Of a DNA stretch of 64,000 nucleotides, positions 38,137-48,388 are shown in pieces. The notes under the pieces are model-generated. The model was not told the origin of the DNA and did no database searches. It saw only the letters and a list, made by a program, of their open reading frames with translations. The first letter of the stretch is position 1. Every line of letters begins with the position of its first letter. The stretch is from Candidatus Aenigmatarchaeota archaeon (GTDB taxonomy: Archaea; Aenigmatarchaeota; Aenigmatarchaeia; CG10238-14; SCSR01): assembly GCA_016181005.1 (NCBI GenBank), contig JACPAE010000001.1:179885-243884 (forward strand), given 5' to 3'. The position numbers and the translations under genes are program-made.

Positions 38137-39612
38137 TCACTTCTTCAGCATGTCAAAGACAGGCTTTAATTCCTTCTCCTGCAGTCCTCTTGACACTTCC
38201 GCCATCGACGCCAAATATTTTCTCAAGCCAATCGTCGCGCCTTCCGGCGTTTCCGAGGTGCACAATTTTCCAAAATGTGTGGGATGCAGTTCCCTGGCCT
38301 CAAAGTGTTCCTGGGTTGATGTAAGCGGGGATAGTACGTTCCTCATATGAGAGATGGTTTTAATGTAGCTGCCTCTCTCAAGCCTCTGGCTGACTCCGGT
38401 CCTTCCACCTACCCACGAGCCAATGGCAAGTGCCGACACCAGCTGGTTGCTGAGGACGTTGGATTCTATAATCGACTGCAACGGAGGCAGCCTCCCCCTC
38501 TTTGTCAGCTTTTGGTAGTTGTACGTCACCCTTGTTATCAATCCCCACTTGCCCAAAAGAATCGATCTTAGAAGTATCTCAAGCAAATCCCCGGATTGCC
38601 TGAGCCTCTTGTTCGAATAATGATCCAAGTCGTCCTCGTCGATCTTGTTCAAATGCAGCTTTATGATCTTCTCAATCGCCTTTGCAAGGAACAGTGCCTT
38701 GGCCATTCTGTCAGGCGGCTCCTGTCCAAGATGCGGAAGCAAGTAGCGGTCGATTATCTTCACGGCACGCTGTATTCTGTACTCCAACTGCGGTATTTTC
38801 AAGTGCTTCCCGATTTCGTCCATGGCATCGTCCTTGTTGACTGCCTGGTTCTCGTAAAGATTGATGTAGAATTCCTCCTGCACATCCTCGTCTGACGACA
38901 CAGCATTCACAATATTCCTGTCATTATCCAAGCCCAACGCCTTTATCAAGATGCCTAAAGGAAGTTTTGTAACATTCGCGAAACTTATTGTCAGCAGCCC
39001 GTCAACCCTCCTTTCAATCAGGTGCCTCTGCACGTAACCGTCCTTTTCGGAATGGATCCTTGCTATTTCTGCAATGTTGGTTGAGCCTAGTTTGGATACT
39101 ATTATCCTGTTCGATGCGATCTCCTCTACAAGAACAAGAATTCTTTCGGTCCCGTTTACGATGAAATACCCGCCGGGATCATCCGGATCTTCGCCAGCTT
39201 CAATCAACCCCTCACGCGGCATTTGCGACAATGGACATATCTTCGACTTGAGCATCACAGGCATGTCTCCGAAGTTGACAATCACAGGCTCACCCTCCTG
39301 CTTGTTTATCACAGGCGTTATCTCGACATACATCGGTGCGGCATAAGTGAGATTTCTGGTCCTCGCCTCTGACGGCATGATTGCTCTGACGCTGCCGTCC
39401 GCCTCCTTGACAGTCGGCTCTCCTATCTTGAAATCGCCCAGCTTCAGCTTTATGTCTCCAACGTCCGGGACATCTGGCTTGATAACGCCGATCTCACTCA
39501 GGACTTTTCCTATCCTTCTCATGATGAAATCGTTGTAGGACTCGATCTGGAATTTCGAAAATCCCCTTTCACGTATTTGGCTTTTTAACAGCGGGACGAA
39601 GAAATCTTTCAT
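38137..39612 (-). CDS. rpoB2: RNA polymerase subunit B'' (N-terminal half of RpoB)
   Basis: 491 aa, N-terminal RpoB domains. Lies 4 nt upstream of the B'/A' ORF in a different frame. Confidence 0.9.
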   Translation of the reverse strand: MKDFFVPLLKSQIRERGFSKFQIESYNDFIMRRIGKVLSEIGVIKPDVPDVGDIKLKLGDFKIGEPTVKEADGSVRAIMPSEARTRNLTYAAPMYVEITPVINKQEGEPVIVNFGDMPVMLKSKICPLSQMPREGLIEAGEDPDDPGGYFIVNGTERILVLVEEIASNRIIVSKLGSTNIAEIARIHSEKDGYVQRHLIERRVDGLLTISFANVTKLPLGILIKALGLDNDRNIVNAVSSDEDVQEEFYINLYENQAVNKDDAMDEIGKHLKIPQLEYRIQRAVKIIDRYLLPHLGQEPPDRMAKALFLAKAIEKIIKLHLNKIDEDDLDHYSNKRLRQSGDLLEILLRSILLGKWGLITRVTYNYQKLTKRGRLPPLQSIIESNVLSNQLVSALAIGSWVGGRTGVSQRLERGSYIKTISHMRNVLSPLTSTQEHFEARELHPTHFGKLCTSETPEGATIGLRKYLASMAEVSRGLQEKELKPVFDMLKK

Positions 39613-39616
39613 AAAA

Positions 39617-39847
39617 TCAACCCTTTATCACGACCCTATAGTAGACAGTCTCTCCGGCAACGGCAGATTTTCTGCCTATCTTCACAACATCGCCGAGTTT
39701 CCCGCCGAGATTCTGGATGACTGGGTCGTTGGACGAAATTCTCGGTAGCTGCCTGAGCGTTATTCTGTATTTTTCCAAAAGTTCCTTTTTCTCATTGTCA
39801 TTAAGCAAGACATGCTTCGGCACCAACTCATTCTTGGTTATGTCCAT
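39617..39847 (-). CDS. rpoH: RNA polymerase subunit H
   Basis: 76 aa. GDVVKIGRKSAVAGETVYYRVV is Rpb5-like. Confidence 0.88.
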   Translation of the reverse strand: MDITKNELVPKHVLLNDNEKKELLEKYRITLRQLPRISSNDPVIQNLGGKLGDVVKIGRKSAVAGETVYYRVVIKG

Positions 39848-40013
39848 CTCCTTTATTTTAACACCTCAAAGAAATCGAACCGGGAGAACAGACGATGTGC
39901 ATTCTCAAGTGTAGAGTGGTGTGTTTGTACCCAAGCAATAATTATCCCCACGAGGCCGATTTGATATCCTAAATATTATTTCAAAGTTCTTAAATGTTTC
40001 GGTTACTGTAAAG

Positions 40014-40140
40014 CGCCCGAAGCGGGATTTGAACCCGCGTTTGCTGTCATAGTTTAATGATCACAGCCGTGACAGGGTTATGCGACAACTCTGCATCCTA
40101 GGCCATTCTCCCAGGTTTAACCTGTCTAGACGATTCGGGC
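40014..40140 (-). tRNA. tRNA-like element: perfect T-arm and 7-bp acceptor helix enclosing 127 nt. Interior does not fold into canonical D or anticodon arms. Either a multi-intron pre-tRNA or a tRNA-derived pseudogene.
   Basis: 5' GCCCGAA ... GCGGG-TTCAAAT-CCCGC-TTCGGGC-G 3'. Internal hairpin CTGTCA-N20-TGACAG. About 50 nt in excess of a mature tRNA. Confidence 0.45.
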
Positions 40141-40188
40141 TTGTTGAATAATAGAATGTGGTTGTTTATAAATTTGAGATAAGAGGTA

Positions 40189-40320
40189 GAAGGACGCAGT
40201 GCAGTTCCCGTGGTCAAGCCACAGTACAAAGCACCACGCTGGAGAGTTTAACTTCCGTGTTCGGATTTCCCTACTTTTAGAGTATATGGGAACGGGTGGA
40301 ACCTCTCCGCTCTGGTCCTT
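40189..40320 (-). rRNA. rrf: 5S rRNA, standalone, with an approximately 21-nt insertion after the CCCAT segment
   Basis: Minus strand reads GGACCAGAGCGGAGAGGTTCCACCCGTTCCCAT[ATACTCTAAAAGTAGGGAAAT]CCGAACACGGAAGTTAAAC...GTACTG...GGGAACTGC...GCGTCCTTC. Universal CCGAACACGGAAGTTAA motif present, and helix I closes via GAAGGAC/GTCCTTC. Confidence 0.8.
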
Positions 40321-40390
40321 CAATAACTTTATGAGGTATTCAATGTTTTTAAACATGTAGTATAACGAATAAATGTTTTGTCATATTTCA

Positions 40391-40870
40391 TTAAAGCATA
40401 GGGGTGTGAGCCATTTTATTCATGACATAGCTAGGTAGTTTTTCAAGGAACCGTAGGCGCCTTTCTGATACACTGGTATTTGGATTAACAAAACAACGGT
40501 CTGCATCCCACAAATCAGCTACTAGCGTTCCTGAAGCATAGTTTAGACCACTATGCCTGTTGCCAATAGTTGTAACACTATACACCATTCCTATCTGCGG
40601 GAGTCTTACTGTGAAATAACTATATATACGGTGGCCAGTAACAAAATCAAGCATCTGGGAGTGTTCTCTATAATCCGCGAATCCTCTTAGCGGGTGGCTT
40701 CTCCAAGCATCTCCTGGTATTTCGGCAAGTCTATTCATTATGTGCTCTAGCCTTTGACTATGCGCTTCGTAATTTCTTACTGGATGTTTTGCAGGATGAT
40801 TGGTTGTAGCCGGTAGTGGTTGATTGGCAGCTTCTTCAATTTCCTCAATCGGTGTAAATGTAGAATTCAT
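40391..40870 (-). CDS. Hypothetical protein
   Basis: 159-aa ORF. Weak resemblance to LAS/M15 peptidase His/Asp motifs, not convincing. Confidence 0.3.
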   Translation of the reverse strand: MNSTFTPIEEIEEAANQPLPATTNHPAKHPVRNYEAHSQRLEHIMNRLAEIPGDAWRSHPLRGFADYREHSQMLDFVTGHRIYSYFTVRLPQIGMVYSVTTIGNRHSGLNYASGTLVADLWDADRCFVNPNTSVSERRLRFLEKLPSYVMNKMAHTPML

Positions 40871-41013
40871 ACATTTTACTATATGCCAAAAACATTAATA
40901 GATTCTACTTATGCAGGTGAAATCAGGGTTTTGTCGGCGTTGGAAGGTAAACACAGTCGATTATACGACTATGATACAGATCCATTGGCAGAACCTATAG
41001 GTTATGAAAAATG

Positions 41014-41124
41014 TCCCGAAGGAGAGATTTGAACTCTCAACCTCACCGTATCCGGTAGAGTGCTGATCACTAGCACAATAGTACTAGGCTACAGCGGCGC
41101 GCTCCACCATTGAGCTACTTCGGG
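41014..41124 (-). tRNA. tRNA-Tyr (GTA) with 39-nt intron at canonical 37/38 position
   Basis: CCCGAAG-TA-GCTC-AATGGTG-GAGC-G-CGCCG-CTGTAG[39 nt]A-CGGTG-AGGTT-GAGAG-TTCAAAT-CTCTC-CTTCGGG-A. C1:G72 and A73 are archaeal Tyr identity elements. Intron CTAC pairs with GTAG, consistent with a BHB. Confidence 0.8.
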
Positions 41125-41170
41125 AATGTGATACTCCGTATTTATTTACAAGTTCTTCATCTTAATAAAT

Positions 41171-42616
41171 CTAATTCGCCTTCACCAAAGCCTCTTTCGA
41201 GACAGAACTTCTCCTGATCTTCCTTCTGTCGGCATAAACCATTGTCGCCTGCGGCAAAGTCAGATTCCCAACAACATCAACAACCGGCTTTATCCTGTAC
41301 GTCAGCACGCGGTCCTCCCTTGCCTTCATGGTGTCTATCCTCCACCTCAACTCCATGCCCCCAGGAACTTTCGTTATCTTCGGCCTCAACGTGTCAAACT
41401 GCTCAACAATTCTCACAAGCTGCGGCACTACGTCAATCACTTCCACGTCCTTGATCTCGTGGAACGCCCTGTTCCTCGCCTCCACCAAAACCACAATCTC
41501 CTTACCCCTTCTAATTTCTCCCCTGTGGCTGGTGCCCTTGTGAACGCCCGGCGTTGCAAAGAACTTGTATCCGGCATAAACAGCCCCGAACACTATCGCG
41601 GCAGCAACCCAAAGCCTCCATATCTCAAAGCTGTATTTAATCGTATACTGAGCCCCTGGCGCCAGTGTGGGAACTGACCACGAATACACTATTCTATTGC
41701 CGGCAGACTGTTCGCCCGGCTCTACATCGGGCGAGAAAAGAACCGTCGCCATCTTGGGAACAGATTCTGTCAACGTGAAAGGCGGCAAGTCAACATTGCC
41801 CCGATTAATTATTGTAATCGTTGTCGTAGTTGCAACCACGTTGTAGGAAGTTTGTTTTGATACATATTCCGTTGGAAGCTGCGTTACAGTATTTACGTTG
41901 AAATTCAACGACTTGGCATACTTGAGCTGGTTGTTAGCATCCCTTAATTCGGCCTCCACGACATAGCCGCCCGGCGGCGCATAATTATCCAAATCAAAAC
42001 TCTCGGCGATTCTTAGGGAAGACTTGGTTCCTATGCTTTCTATAGTCTCAGTGAAAGTCTGCACAATGTCAGCGCCTCTCCTGATTGTCAGCTTGAGGAA
42101 ATACTTGTCCGAGAGAAAATCGTCAGCGTTGTAAACTTGCGATATTATCCTAACCTTTTCTCCTGGATTCAATGCATACTTTTCCAATGACAGTTCGCTG
42201 ATGAAAACAGGGGTTTTCCTTTGCACGGTTGCGAAAATGCTCTTCGTGTCGGTGACAGAATTGTCGCTTGTTGACATGACGGTAATCGAGTATTCCACTG
42301 TCTGCGGATCGGCGAGGAAATCAGGAGTAAAGTCGATTCTAACAGTTTCCTGCTCATTCGGCCCTACATCTATCAGGAATTTCTCCGCTGAAACCCCGAT
42401 TTGCGTTGGAACAGGATTGAATATGGTCAAGGTGAAAGTGTCAGCGTTAGACCGTGAATTAACAATTACAACATCCACGCTTGAAGTTTCGCCTGTGAAG
42501 AGAGTGGGATTTGTTTTTGGGATTTGGACTGATACGCCTGCGGCAAATGCGGCAGCAGTTACGCTGAGCAGAACTGCAATAAAACTGAGAAGCACGGCTT
42601 TTCTCAAAGGGACCAC
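41171..42616 (-). CDS. Cell-surface protein with N-terminal signal peptide and a TM segment near residue 330
   Basis: 481 aa. Ser/Thr-rich beta-strand-like ectodomain. Confidence 0.4.
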   Translation of the reverse strand: MVPLRKAVLLSFIAVLLSVTAAAFAAGVSVQIPKTNPTLFTGETSSVDVVIVNSRSNADTFTLTIFNPVPTQIGVSAEKFLIDVGPNEQETVRIDFTPDFLADPQTVEYSITVMSTSDNSVTDTKSIFATVQRKTPVFISELSLEKYALNPGEKVRIISQVYNADDFLSDKYFLKLTIRRGADIVQTFTETIESIGTKSSLRIAESFDLDNYAPPGGYVVEAELRDANNQLKYAKSLNFNVNTVTQLPTEYVSKQTSYNVVATTTTITIINRGNVDLPPFTLTESVPKMATVLFSPDVEPGEQSAGNRIVYSWSVPTLAPGAQYTIKYSFEIWRLWVAAAIVFGAVYAGYKFFATPGVHKGTSHRGEIRRGKEIVVLVEARNRAFHEIKDVEVIDVVPQLVRIVEQFDTLRPKITKVPGGMELRWRIDTMKAREDRVLTYRIKPVVDVVGNLTLPQATMVYADRRKIRRSSVSKEALVKAN

Positions 42617-42656
42617 TAATACTATTTAAATTCCTTCTGGCTTAAACTTAACCTGT

Positions 42657-43283
42657 CTATTTCTTTTTCTTCAACTTGTCTATCAGCTGGTTGACAATTG
42701 GCTTGAAGACTTCCTCTTTAGGGCCTGTCTGGAAGTAGTAGGCCTTGTTGTACTTCTTCCTGTAAAAGTTGTACCAGGTTAAGTTCTCGATAGGCTGTCT
42801 CCTGATTATCTCCGACTTTTCTGCAGGGTAGCCCACAGTGACAATTCCAACCGGCCTTATGTCAGCCGGGATTCCGAAAATCTGCTTCACCTTGTCCTCG
42901 TCCAAAGCTCTTATCCAGTTGGCGCCGAGGCCTAACATCTGGGCTGTCAAAACCATTATAGTTGCTACGCTTGCAGTGTCTTGGACAGCGTAAACATTCT
43001 CCCCCCTTTCCTGGTACTTCAGGCTCAATTTCTTCGTGTCAGCGCATACGATTATGTTCACAGGCGCGCTTTTAACCGCGTCCGATTTTAGAGAGGCATT
43101 GTACAGCTGGCTCCTGGCGTCTTCATCGTCCTTGACAACAATGAATTCCCAAGCCTGCAGGTTTCCTGCAGATTCCGCATAGTTGGCCGTGTAGAGAATG
43201 ACGCCGATAAGCTTGTCGTCAACATCCTTCTTCTCATATCTCTTGACTGTTGCACGTTTTGTTATAGCATCGAAAAAGTCCAT
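42657..43283 (-). CDS. Nitroreductase-family flavoprotein
   Basis: 208 aa. KRATVKRYEKKDVD...NLQAWEFIVV is the nitroreductase signature. Confidence 0.75.
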   Translation of the reverse strand: MDFFDAITKRATVKRYEKKDVDDKLIGVILYTANYAESAGNLQAWEFIVVKDDEDARSQLYNASLKSDAVKSAPVNIIVCADTKKLSLKYQERGENVYAVQDTASVATIMVLTAQMLGLGANWIRALDEDKVKQIFGIPADIRPVGIVTVGYPAEKSEIIRRQPIENLTWYNFYRKKYNKAYYFQTGPKEEVFKPIVNQLIDKLKKKK

Positions 43284-43526
43284 TTATCCACTAGATTAAT
43301 TTGTTGTTTAAAATCTTTATAGTTTGCGTGTAAAGCCGCAACTTATGCAGACATGCAGCTGTTCGGACTTGGCATCGTCATCCGGCGAAACAATGGTTCT
43401 TCGAACTAGATTTTTCCTCAAGCCAAGACTCCTCAAGCATCTCAGGCAGAAGCTGGTCCAATTGAAGGTGTAGTTGAAGTACATACTCTCCTTTAAAATT
43501 AAATTAATGCCAATTTAAATCTATTT

Positions 43527-45224
43527 ATGGACTATTCCGTTCTTGCAGAAGTTTATGAGAAGCTCGAGTCTGTGCCGTCCAAGCTCGCGAAGGCGGACAT
43601 ACTTGCGGAATTTCTAAAGAATGTGCCGACCAGCGAATTGCACAAAGTCGTTCTCCTTGTACAAGGCAGGGCTTTTCCAGGATATTCGGAGCAGGAGCTG
43701 GGAATAGCGTCTCAGACGATGATCAAGGCAATTTCCAAAGCTACAGGACTGAACACTTCCCGTGTCGAGGAGAAGTTCAAGAAAACAGGCGACCTTGGGC
43801 TGACGGCTGAGGAATGCATAAAGTCAAAGAAACAATCCACACTTCTGAGAAGGAAATTGACTCTGGATCATGTTTTTGAAAACATGAAAAAGCTGGCAAC
43901 CATAACAGGCAGCGGATCGCAAGAAAGAAAATTAAGCCTGATAGCAGAATTGATTGTGTCCGCAAAGCCGAACGAGGCAAGGTACATTGTAAGGACGATA
44001 CTCGGTGATTTGCGTGTAGGCGTTGCCGAAGGAATAATTCGCGACGCTATCGTCAATTCGTTCCTGGAGCATTCCACCAAGGAAGAGAAAGAAAAGTCTG
44101 CAGCAGCTGTTGAGAACGCTTGGAGCATGATTAATGACCCCGGGGAGGTCGCAAAGATAGCAAAGGAAAAGGGCATTAAAGGCTTGGAAAAGATTGGTGT
44201 CCAACTTGGGAAGCCGCTGCAGGTGATGCTGGGCGTCGCCGCAGAAAAGATAGAGGATGTGGTCGAAGAGTTCGGAGAGGTTTTTGCGGAGTACAAATAT
44301 GACGGCATGAGAGTCGTGATTCAAAAGAAAGGCAATCATATATGGCTCTTCACAAGGAGGCAGGAGGACGTGACAAGACAGTTCCCTGACATAGTTGAGC
44401 TTGTCCGCAAGTGCTTGAAGGCTGACGAGTGCATTGTTGAAGGCGAGGCATTAGGGATTGACCCTAAGACTGGATATCCTCTGCCATTTCAAACACTCGG
44501 CCAGAGGGTGCACAGGAAGTACGATATTGAGAGGATGGCGAAGGAGATACCAGTACAGGTAAACCTTTTTGATGTAATGTATGTTGATGGCAAGTCGTTG
44601 TTTAACGAACCTTTGAAAGAACGAAGGAAGGAATTGATGAAGATAGTGAAGCCGATTGAAGGAAAGTTTCAAGCCGCCAAAAACATCTATACCAAAGACT
44701 TGAAGAAGCTGGAAAAGTTCTACGAGGAGGCGCTAAAGAACAGACAGGAGGGGATTATGTTGAAAGTTCCAGATACCCCTTATGTCTTTGGTAGACACGT
44801 CGGAACGATGTATAAAATAAAACCAACAATGGAGAATCTTGATCTTGTTGTTATCGGTGCGACATGGGGCGAAGGCACAAGAGCTAGATGGTTAACAAGT
44901 TACATGCTGGCATGTAGAGACGAGGGTACAGGAAAACTTTTGGAATGTGGGATGATCAGTACGGGGTTAAGTGAGGGGGAGTATAAACAGACTACACAGA
45001 TGCTAAAGCCCTTAATAATAAGAGAAGAAGGTAGAACAGTCTGGGTTAAACCAAAAATAATTATGGAAGTAGGCTATCAGGAGATACAAAAGTCACCAAA
45101 TTACAGTTCAGGATTTGCACTTAGGTTCCCTAGATTTATTAGATTTAGACAGATCGATAAATCCGAGCCAGATTCTTTGGATAGAGTCATAGCACTTTTC
45201 AAATCCCAAGGAAGGGCAGGATAA
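43527..45224 (+). CDS. lig: ATP-dependent DNA ligase
   Basis: 565 aa. Adenylation motif EYKYDGMR (KxDG) and downstream ligase motifs. Confidence 0.93.
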   Translation: MDYSVLAEVYEKLESVPSKLAKADILAEFLKNVPTSELHKVVLLVQGRAFPGYSEQELGIASQTMIKAISKATGLNTSRVEEKFKKTGDLGLTAEECIKSKKQSTLLRRKLTLDHVFENMKKLATITGSGSQERKLSLIAELIVSAKPNEARYIVRTILGDLRVGVAEGIIRDAIVNSFLEHSTKEEKEKSAAAVENAWSMINDPGEVAKIAKEKGIKGLEKIGVQLGKPLQVMLGVAAEKIEDVVEEFGEVFAEYKYDGMRVVIQKKGNHIWLFTRRQEDVTRQFPDIVELVRKCLKADECIVEGEALGIDPKTGYPLPFQTLGQRVHRKYDIERMAKEIPVQVNLFDVMYVDGKSLFNEPLKERRKELMKIVKPIEGKFQAAKNIYTKDLKKLEKFYEEALKNRQEGIMLKVPDTPYVFGRHVGTMYKIKPTMENLDLVVIGATWGEGTRARWLTSYMLACRDEGTGKLLECGMISTGLSEGEYKQTTQMLKPLIIREEGRTVWVKPKIIMEVGYQEIQKSPNYSSGFALRFPRFIRFRQIDKSEPDSLDRVIALFKSQGRAG

Positions 45225-45313
45225 GCTTTAATATCTTTCTATCCGAGTAATTATTACCCAGTGACAAGAATGCTTATAAGCTTTAAATTTAAAATCAATT
45301 TAATCGTGGTAAA

Positions 45314-46129
45314 ATGGCTTTAGCATCTAACAAAACGATGGACGCCCTGAAGGGCATCGGCTTGAACCTGTACGAGAGGAAATTGTGGGTGGCTTTGCTA
45401 GCCAGAGGAACATCCACTGCCGGCGAATTGTCAGAGATTGCCAATGTCCCAAGGTCGAGAAGTTACGATATCTTGCAGAGCCTGGCAGAAAAGGGATTTG
45501 TTATTGCACAGCCGTCAAAGCCTTTGAGGTACGTGGCGATTCAACCGAAGGAAGCGCTGGAAAGGGCGAAGAAGAAACTCGAGGAAAACATGCGGTCGAC
45601 TTTGGATAGGATGGACGATTTGAAGGCATCGCCGGTGATAAAGGAATTGAGCGAGATTCACAGCAAAGGACTTAACATTGTCTCACCAGAGGAAATAACC
45701 GGGGCGCTGAAAGGAAAATATTCAGTTATGCAGCAGATTGGCAGCATGATAAAGACTGCGAACAAGAAAATCAATATTGTCACCACTGCCGAGGGCTTGA
45801 ACGACCTTTATGAAAACCATATGAATGAGTTGAAAAAGGCTTCTGAAAGGGGAGTTAGAGTGCAGATTGCTGCAAGCGGTGCAGAAAAGGTGGCGGATGC
45901 TATCAAGAGTCTGACCAGCGTTGCCGAAGTCCGCACGTTGAATGCCAAGGATATGCCGATTGCCGGAAGATTCACAGTTGTGGACGGTAAGGAATTAGTT
46001 TTCTCATTAACAGACCATAAAGTTCACGACACACAGCACATGGCTTTCTGGAGCAGGAGCGAGCATGCCGCAGGCAACTTGATGGATCCTTTATTCAAGA
46101 TGATTTGGGAAAACTCCAAACGGGTTTAA
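45314..46129 (+). CDS. trmB: TrmB-family transcriptional regulator
   Basis: 271 aa. N-terminal wHTH LYERKLWVALLARGTSTAGELSEIANVPRSRSYDILQSLAEKGFV. Confidence 0.75.
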   Translation: MALASNKTMDALKGIGLNLYERKLWVALLARGTSTAGELSEIANVPRSRSYDILQSLAEKGFVIAQPSKPLRYVAIQPKEALERAKKKLEENMRSTLDRMDDLKASPVIKELSEIHSKGLNIVSPEEITGALKGKYSVMQQIGSMIKTANKKINIVTTAEGLNDLYENHMNELKKASERGVRVQIAASGAEKVADAIKSLTSVAEVRTLNAKDMPIAGRFTVVDGKELVFSLTDHKVHDTQHMAFWSRSEHAAGNLMDPLFKMIWENSKRV

Positions 46130-46150
46130 ATAATTTCTCTATTTAAAATT

Positions 46151-46825
46151 TTATGTTTCAGAACTTCTCATTAAAAGATTTTCTAGTGCTTCATATCCTC
46201 TTGCAGCATCTTTCCTTTTAACCAAAAAATTTAATTCTGTCAATGAAGAAACAATTTCAATCAAGTTTACATTTTTCCATAAAAGTTCTTTTGTCATTTG
46301 GTAAAGAATACCAGGTGTGTAAAGAAAGTCCTCAGAAAATTTTAAAGACAATTGGTTAAGATTTTCTTCTATGTGTGTTATCTTTTCATCTTTAAGCAAT
46401 TCAAGCAACTTTTTCTTATGTTTTTCATTAGAAATTATCGAGACATTAATATGGCCATGCACAATATTCAAAATATCACCTTTCTCATAGTCAATTAAAT
46501 TGTATATGGACTTTAACTTTCCAAAAAGCGATGGTGATTTATGAACAGTTATATCACATAGCCCCGATTTCATAGTAAGCTCTGTATCATGTTCAAACAC
46601 TTTCTGCATATCTTTACTATCATATTTTTTGGTCATTTCATCTGCATATCGACGAAGTGCCATCATCACTGCGGATGTCTTTACTTGTTTGTCTAGTTCT
46701 TCTTCTATCCTAGGCTTTAATAGTTCTGCAAGTGAGCCATAATTGATTAACTTCTTTTTCATTGCTTCGTATGCGAATGGCATGTCATTAACGTATTTTT
46801 TCACTAAATGACTTATTGTGACCAT
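46151..46825 (-). CDS. Hypothetical protein
   Basis: 224-aa ORF. Confidence 0.35.
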   Translation of the reverse strand: MVTISHLVKKYVNDMPFAYEAMKKKLINYGSLAELLKPRIEEELDKQVKTSAVMMALRRYADEMTKKYDSKDMQKVFEHDTELTMKSGLCDITVHKSPSLFGKLKSIYNLIDYEKGDILNIVHGHINVSIISNEKHKKKLLELLKDEKITHIEENLNQLSLKFSEDFLYTPGILYQMTKELLWKNVNLIEIVSSLTELNFLVKRKDAARGYEALENLLMRSSET

Positions 46826-46905
46826 AACATTTCTCCAACATTTTGTTATAATAATAACGTTAAGTTATTATATATATAAAGCTAATGGTACAGAGGTGAT
46901 TAAAA

Positions 46906-47198
46906 TGCAAACACAAACTGAAAACGGTAGAGAAGGGCTGAGACATGCTCTCAGTTTAATGGGTGTAGTTGACACACATGATGCAGCTACACCCGAAATG
47001 ATAGAAAATAACCTGAGAATAGGTCCACGACAGACATACCACTACGCTCTAAAAGCAGGTGACAGGATTACAGGACACCTGATCGCGTATTTACAAGGCG
47101 GTACAGTGACTGTCGAACATAGACGAGGATTAAATGATGAAGGAGAACCACTTGCGACATATGGATGGCAAATGGGGATGAGGTATCATGGCACATAG
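46906..47198 (+). CDS. Hypothetical protein
   Basis: Probable start at MQTQTENG within the listed 126-aa ORF. Confidence 0.3.
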
Positions 47199-47283
47199 AA
47201 GACGAATGAGGCATCGGCTGACGTTTTTAAATCTTTTGAATCTGTTTGAAAACTTAAATAGATTAAATATGAGGTAATGGATA

Positions 47284-48384
47284 ATGACAACAAGACCCAA
47301 AGGTGTAATACCTGCTTTACTTACGCACATGTTTGACAATGGAAAAATTGACTATGATAGTATCGATAGACATGTAGAATTTCTAATTGCAAATGGTGTG
47401 CATGGAATAGTACCATGTGGAACGACAGGACAAAGCCCAACTATTTCTTGGGAAGAACATGAAGAAATAAATAAAACAGTTATTGCAGCTAGAGACAGAG
47501 CAAATAGTAAAACATCAGTAATTATCGGCGCTGGCTCTAATAATCTAATAGAAGCAGTCGAATCGACAAAAAAGGCTACTGAAGAAGGTGCAGATGCAAC
47601 TCTTCACGTCACTGGTTATTACAACATGCCAACACAAGAAGGATTTGCCAATTATTTTCTGGGCGTAGCAGATGCAGCCTCTGAAAAGGGTGTGATAATT
47701 TACAACATTCCAGGAAGAGGACACCCGCTTATACTACCTGAAACAATGGCAGCTCTTGCAAAGGCAAGGAAAAATATATGGGGAACAAAGGATTCGACAG
47801 GTGGTAGAGTAGCTGGTCACAAGCTTTACAATGAAGAAAGAAGTTTATGGAGAGCAATAAGGCGTGAAGCGAATATGAGAGGTCTTTCTCTTTTCGGAAT
47901 TTGGTCAGGTGATGATCCTGTGACTTGTGCAATGATGACAGACCCAGAAATACGTGCGAATGGCGTTATTTCAGTTTGGGCTAATGTATTTCCACATGTT
48001 TACGCAAAAATGGTAGAAGCAATTTTGAGGCATGATTACAAAGCCGCAGAAAAGATAGATAATTCATTAAAAGAACTTAATGGTCTTGTTGGAGTAAGGA
48101 CTGGTTATTATTTTCCAGTAGGAAGTGAAAATATTTATGTAGAAGATGATAATTTCAGGAATCCACAACCAGCGCAATTTGTAGCTTATACTCTTGGTTT
48201 GACAAATTCTCCGATGGTAAGGTCACCAATGATTGTACCTCCGAAAGAAGTTCAAAGAAAAGTTGGAGTAGCTTTGCATAGATTATTTGTTGAACATGAA
48301 GACTACTTTGGTCCTATAACCGAATTTTATCATCCCCAACCTTCAGTAGCAGATAGGTTGATGGAATATAAAGAAGTGGTGTGA
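47284..48384 (+). CDS. dapA: DapA-family class I aldolase (4-hydroxy-tetrahydrodipicolinate synthase-like) with C-terminal extension
   Basis: 366 aa. GVHGIVPCGTTGQSP and Schiff-base Lys context IWGTKDSTGG. Confidence 0.7.
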   Translation: MTTRPKGVIPALLTHMFDNGKIDYDSIDRHVEFLIANGVHGIVPCGTTGQSPTISWEEHEEINKTVIAARDRANSKTSVIIGAGSNNLIEAVESTKKATEEGADATLHVTGYYNMPTQEGFANYFLGVADAASEKGVIIYNIPGRGHPLILPETMAALAKARKNIWGTKDSTGGRVAGHKLYNEERSLWRAIRREANMRGLSLFGIWSGDDPVTCAMMTDPEIRANGVISVWANVFPHVYAKMVEAILRHDYKAAEKIDNSLKELNGLVGVRTGYYFPVGSENIYVEDDNFRNPQPAQFVAYTLGLTNSPMVRSPMIVPPKEVQRKVGVALHRLFVEHEDYFGPITEFYHPQPSVADRLMEYKEVV

Positions 48385-48388
48385 TAGA

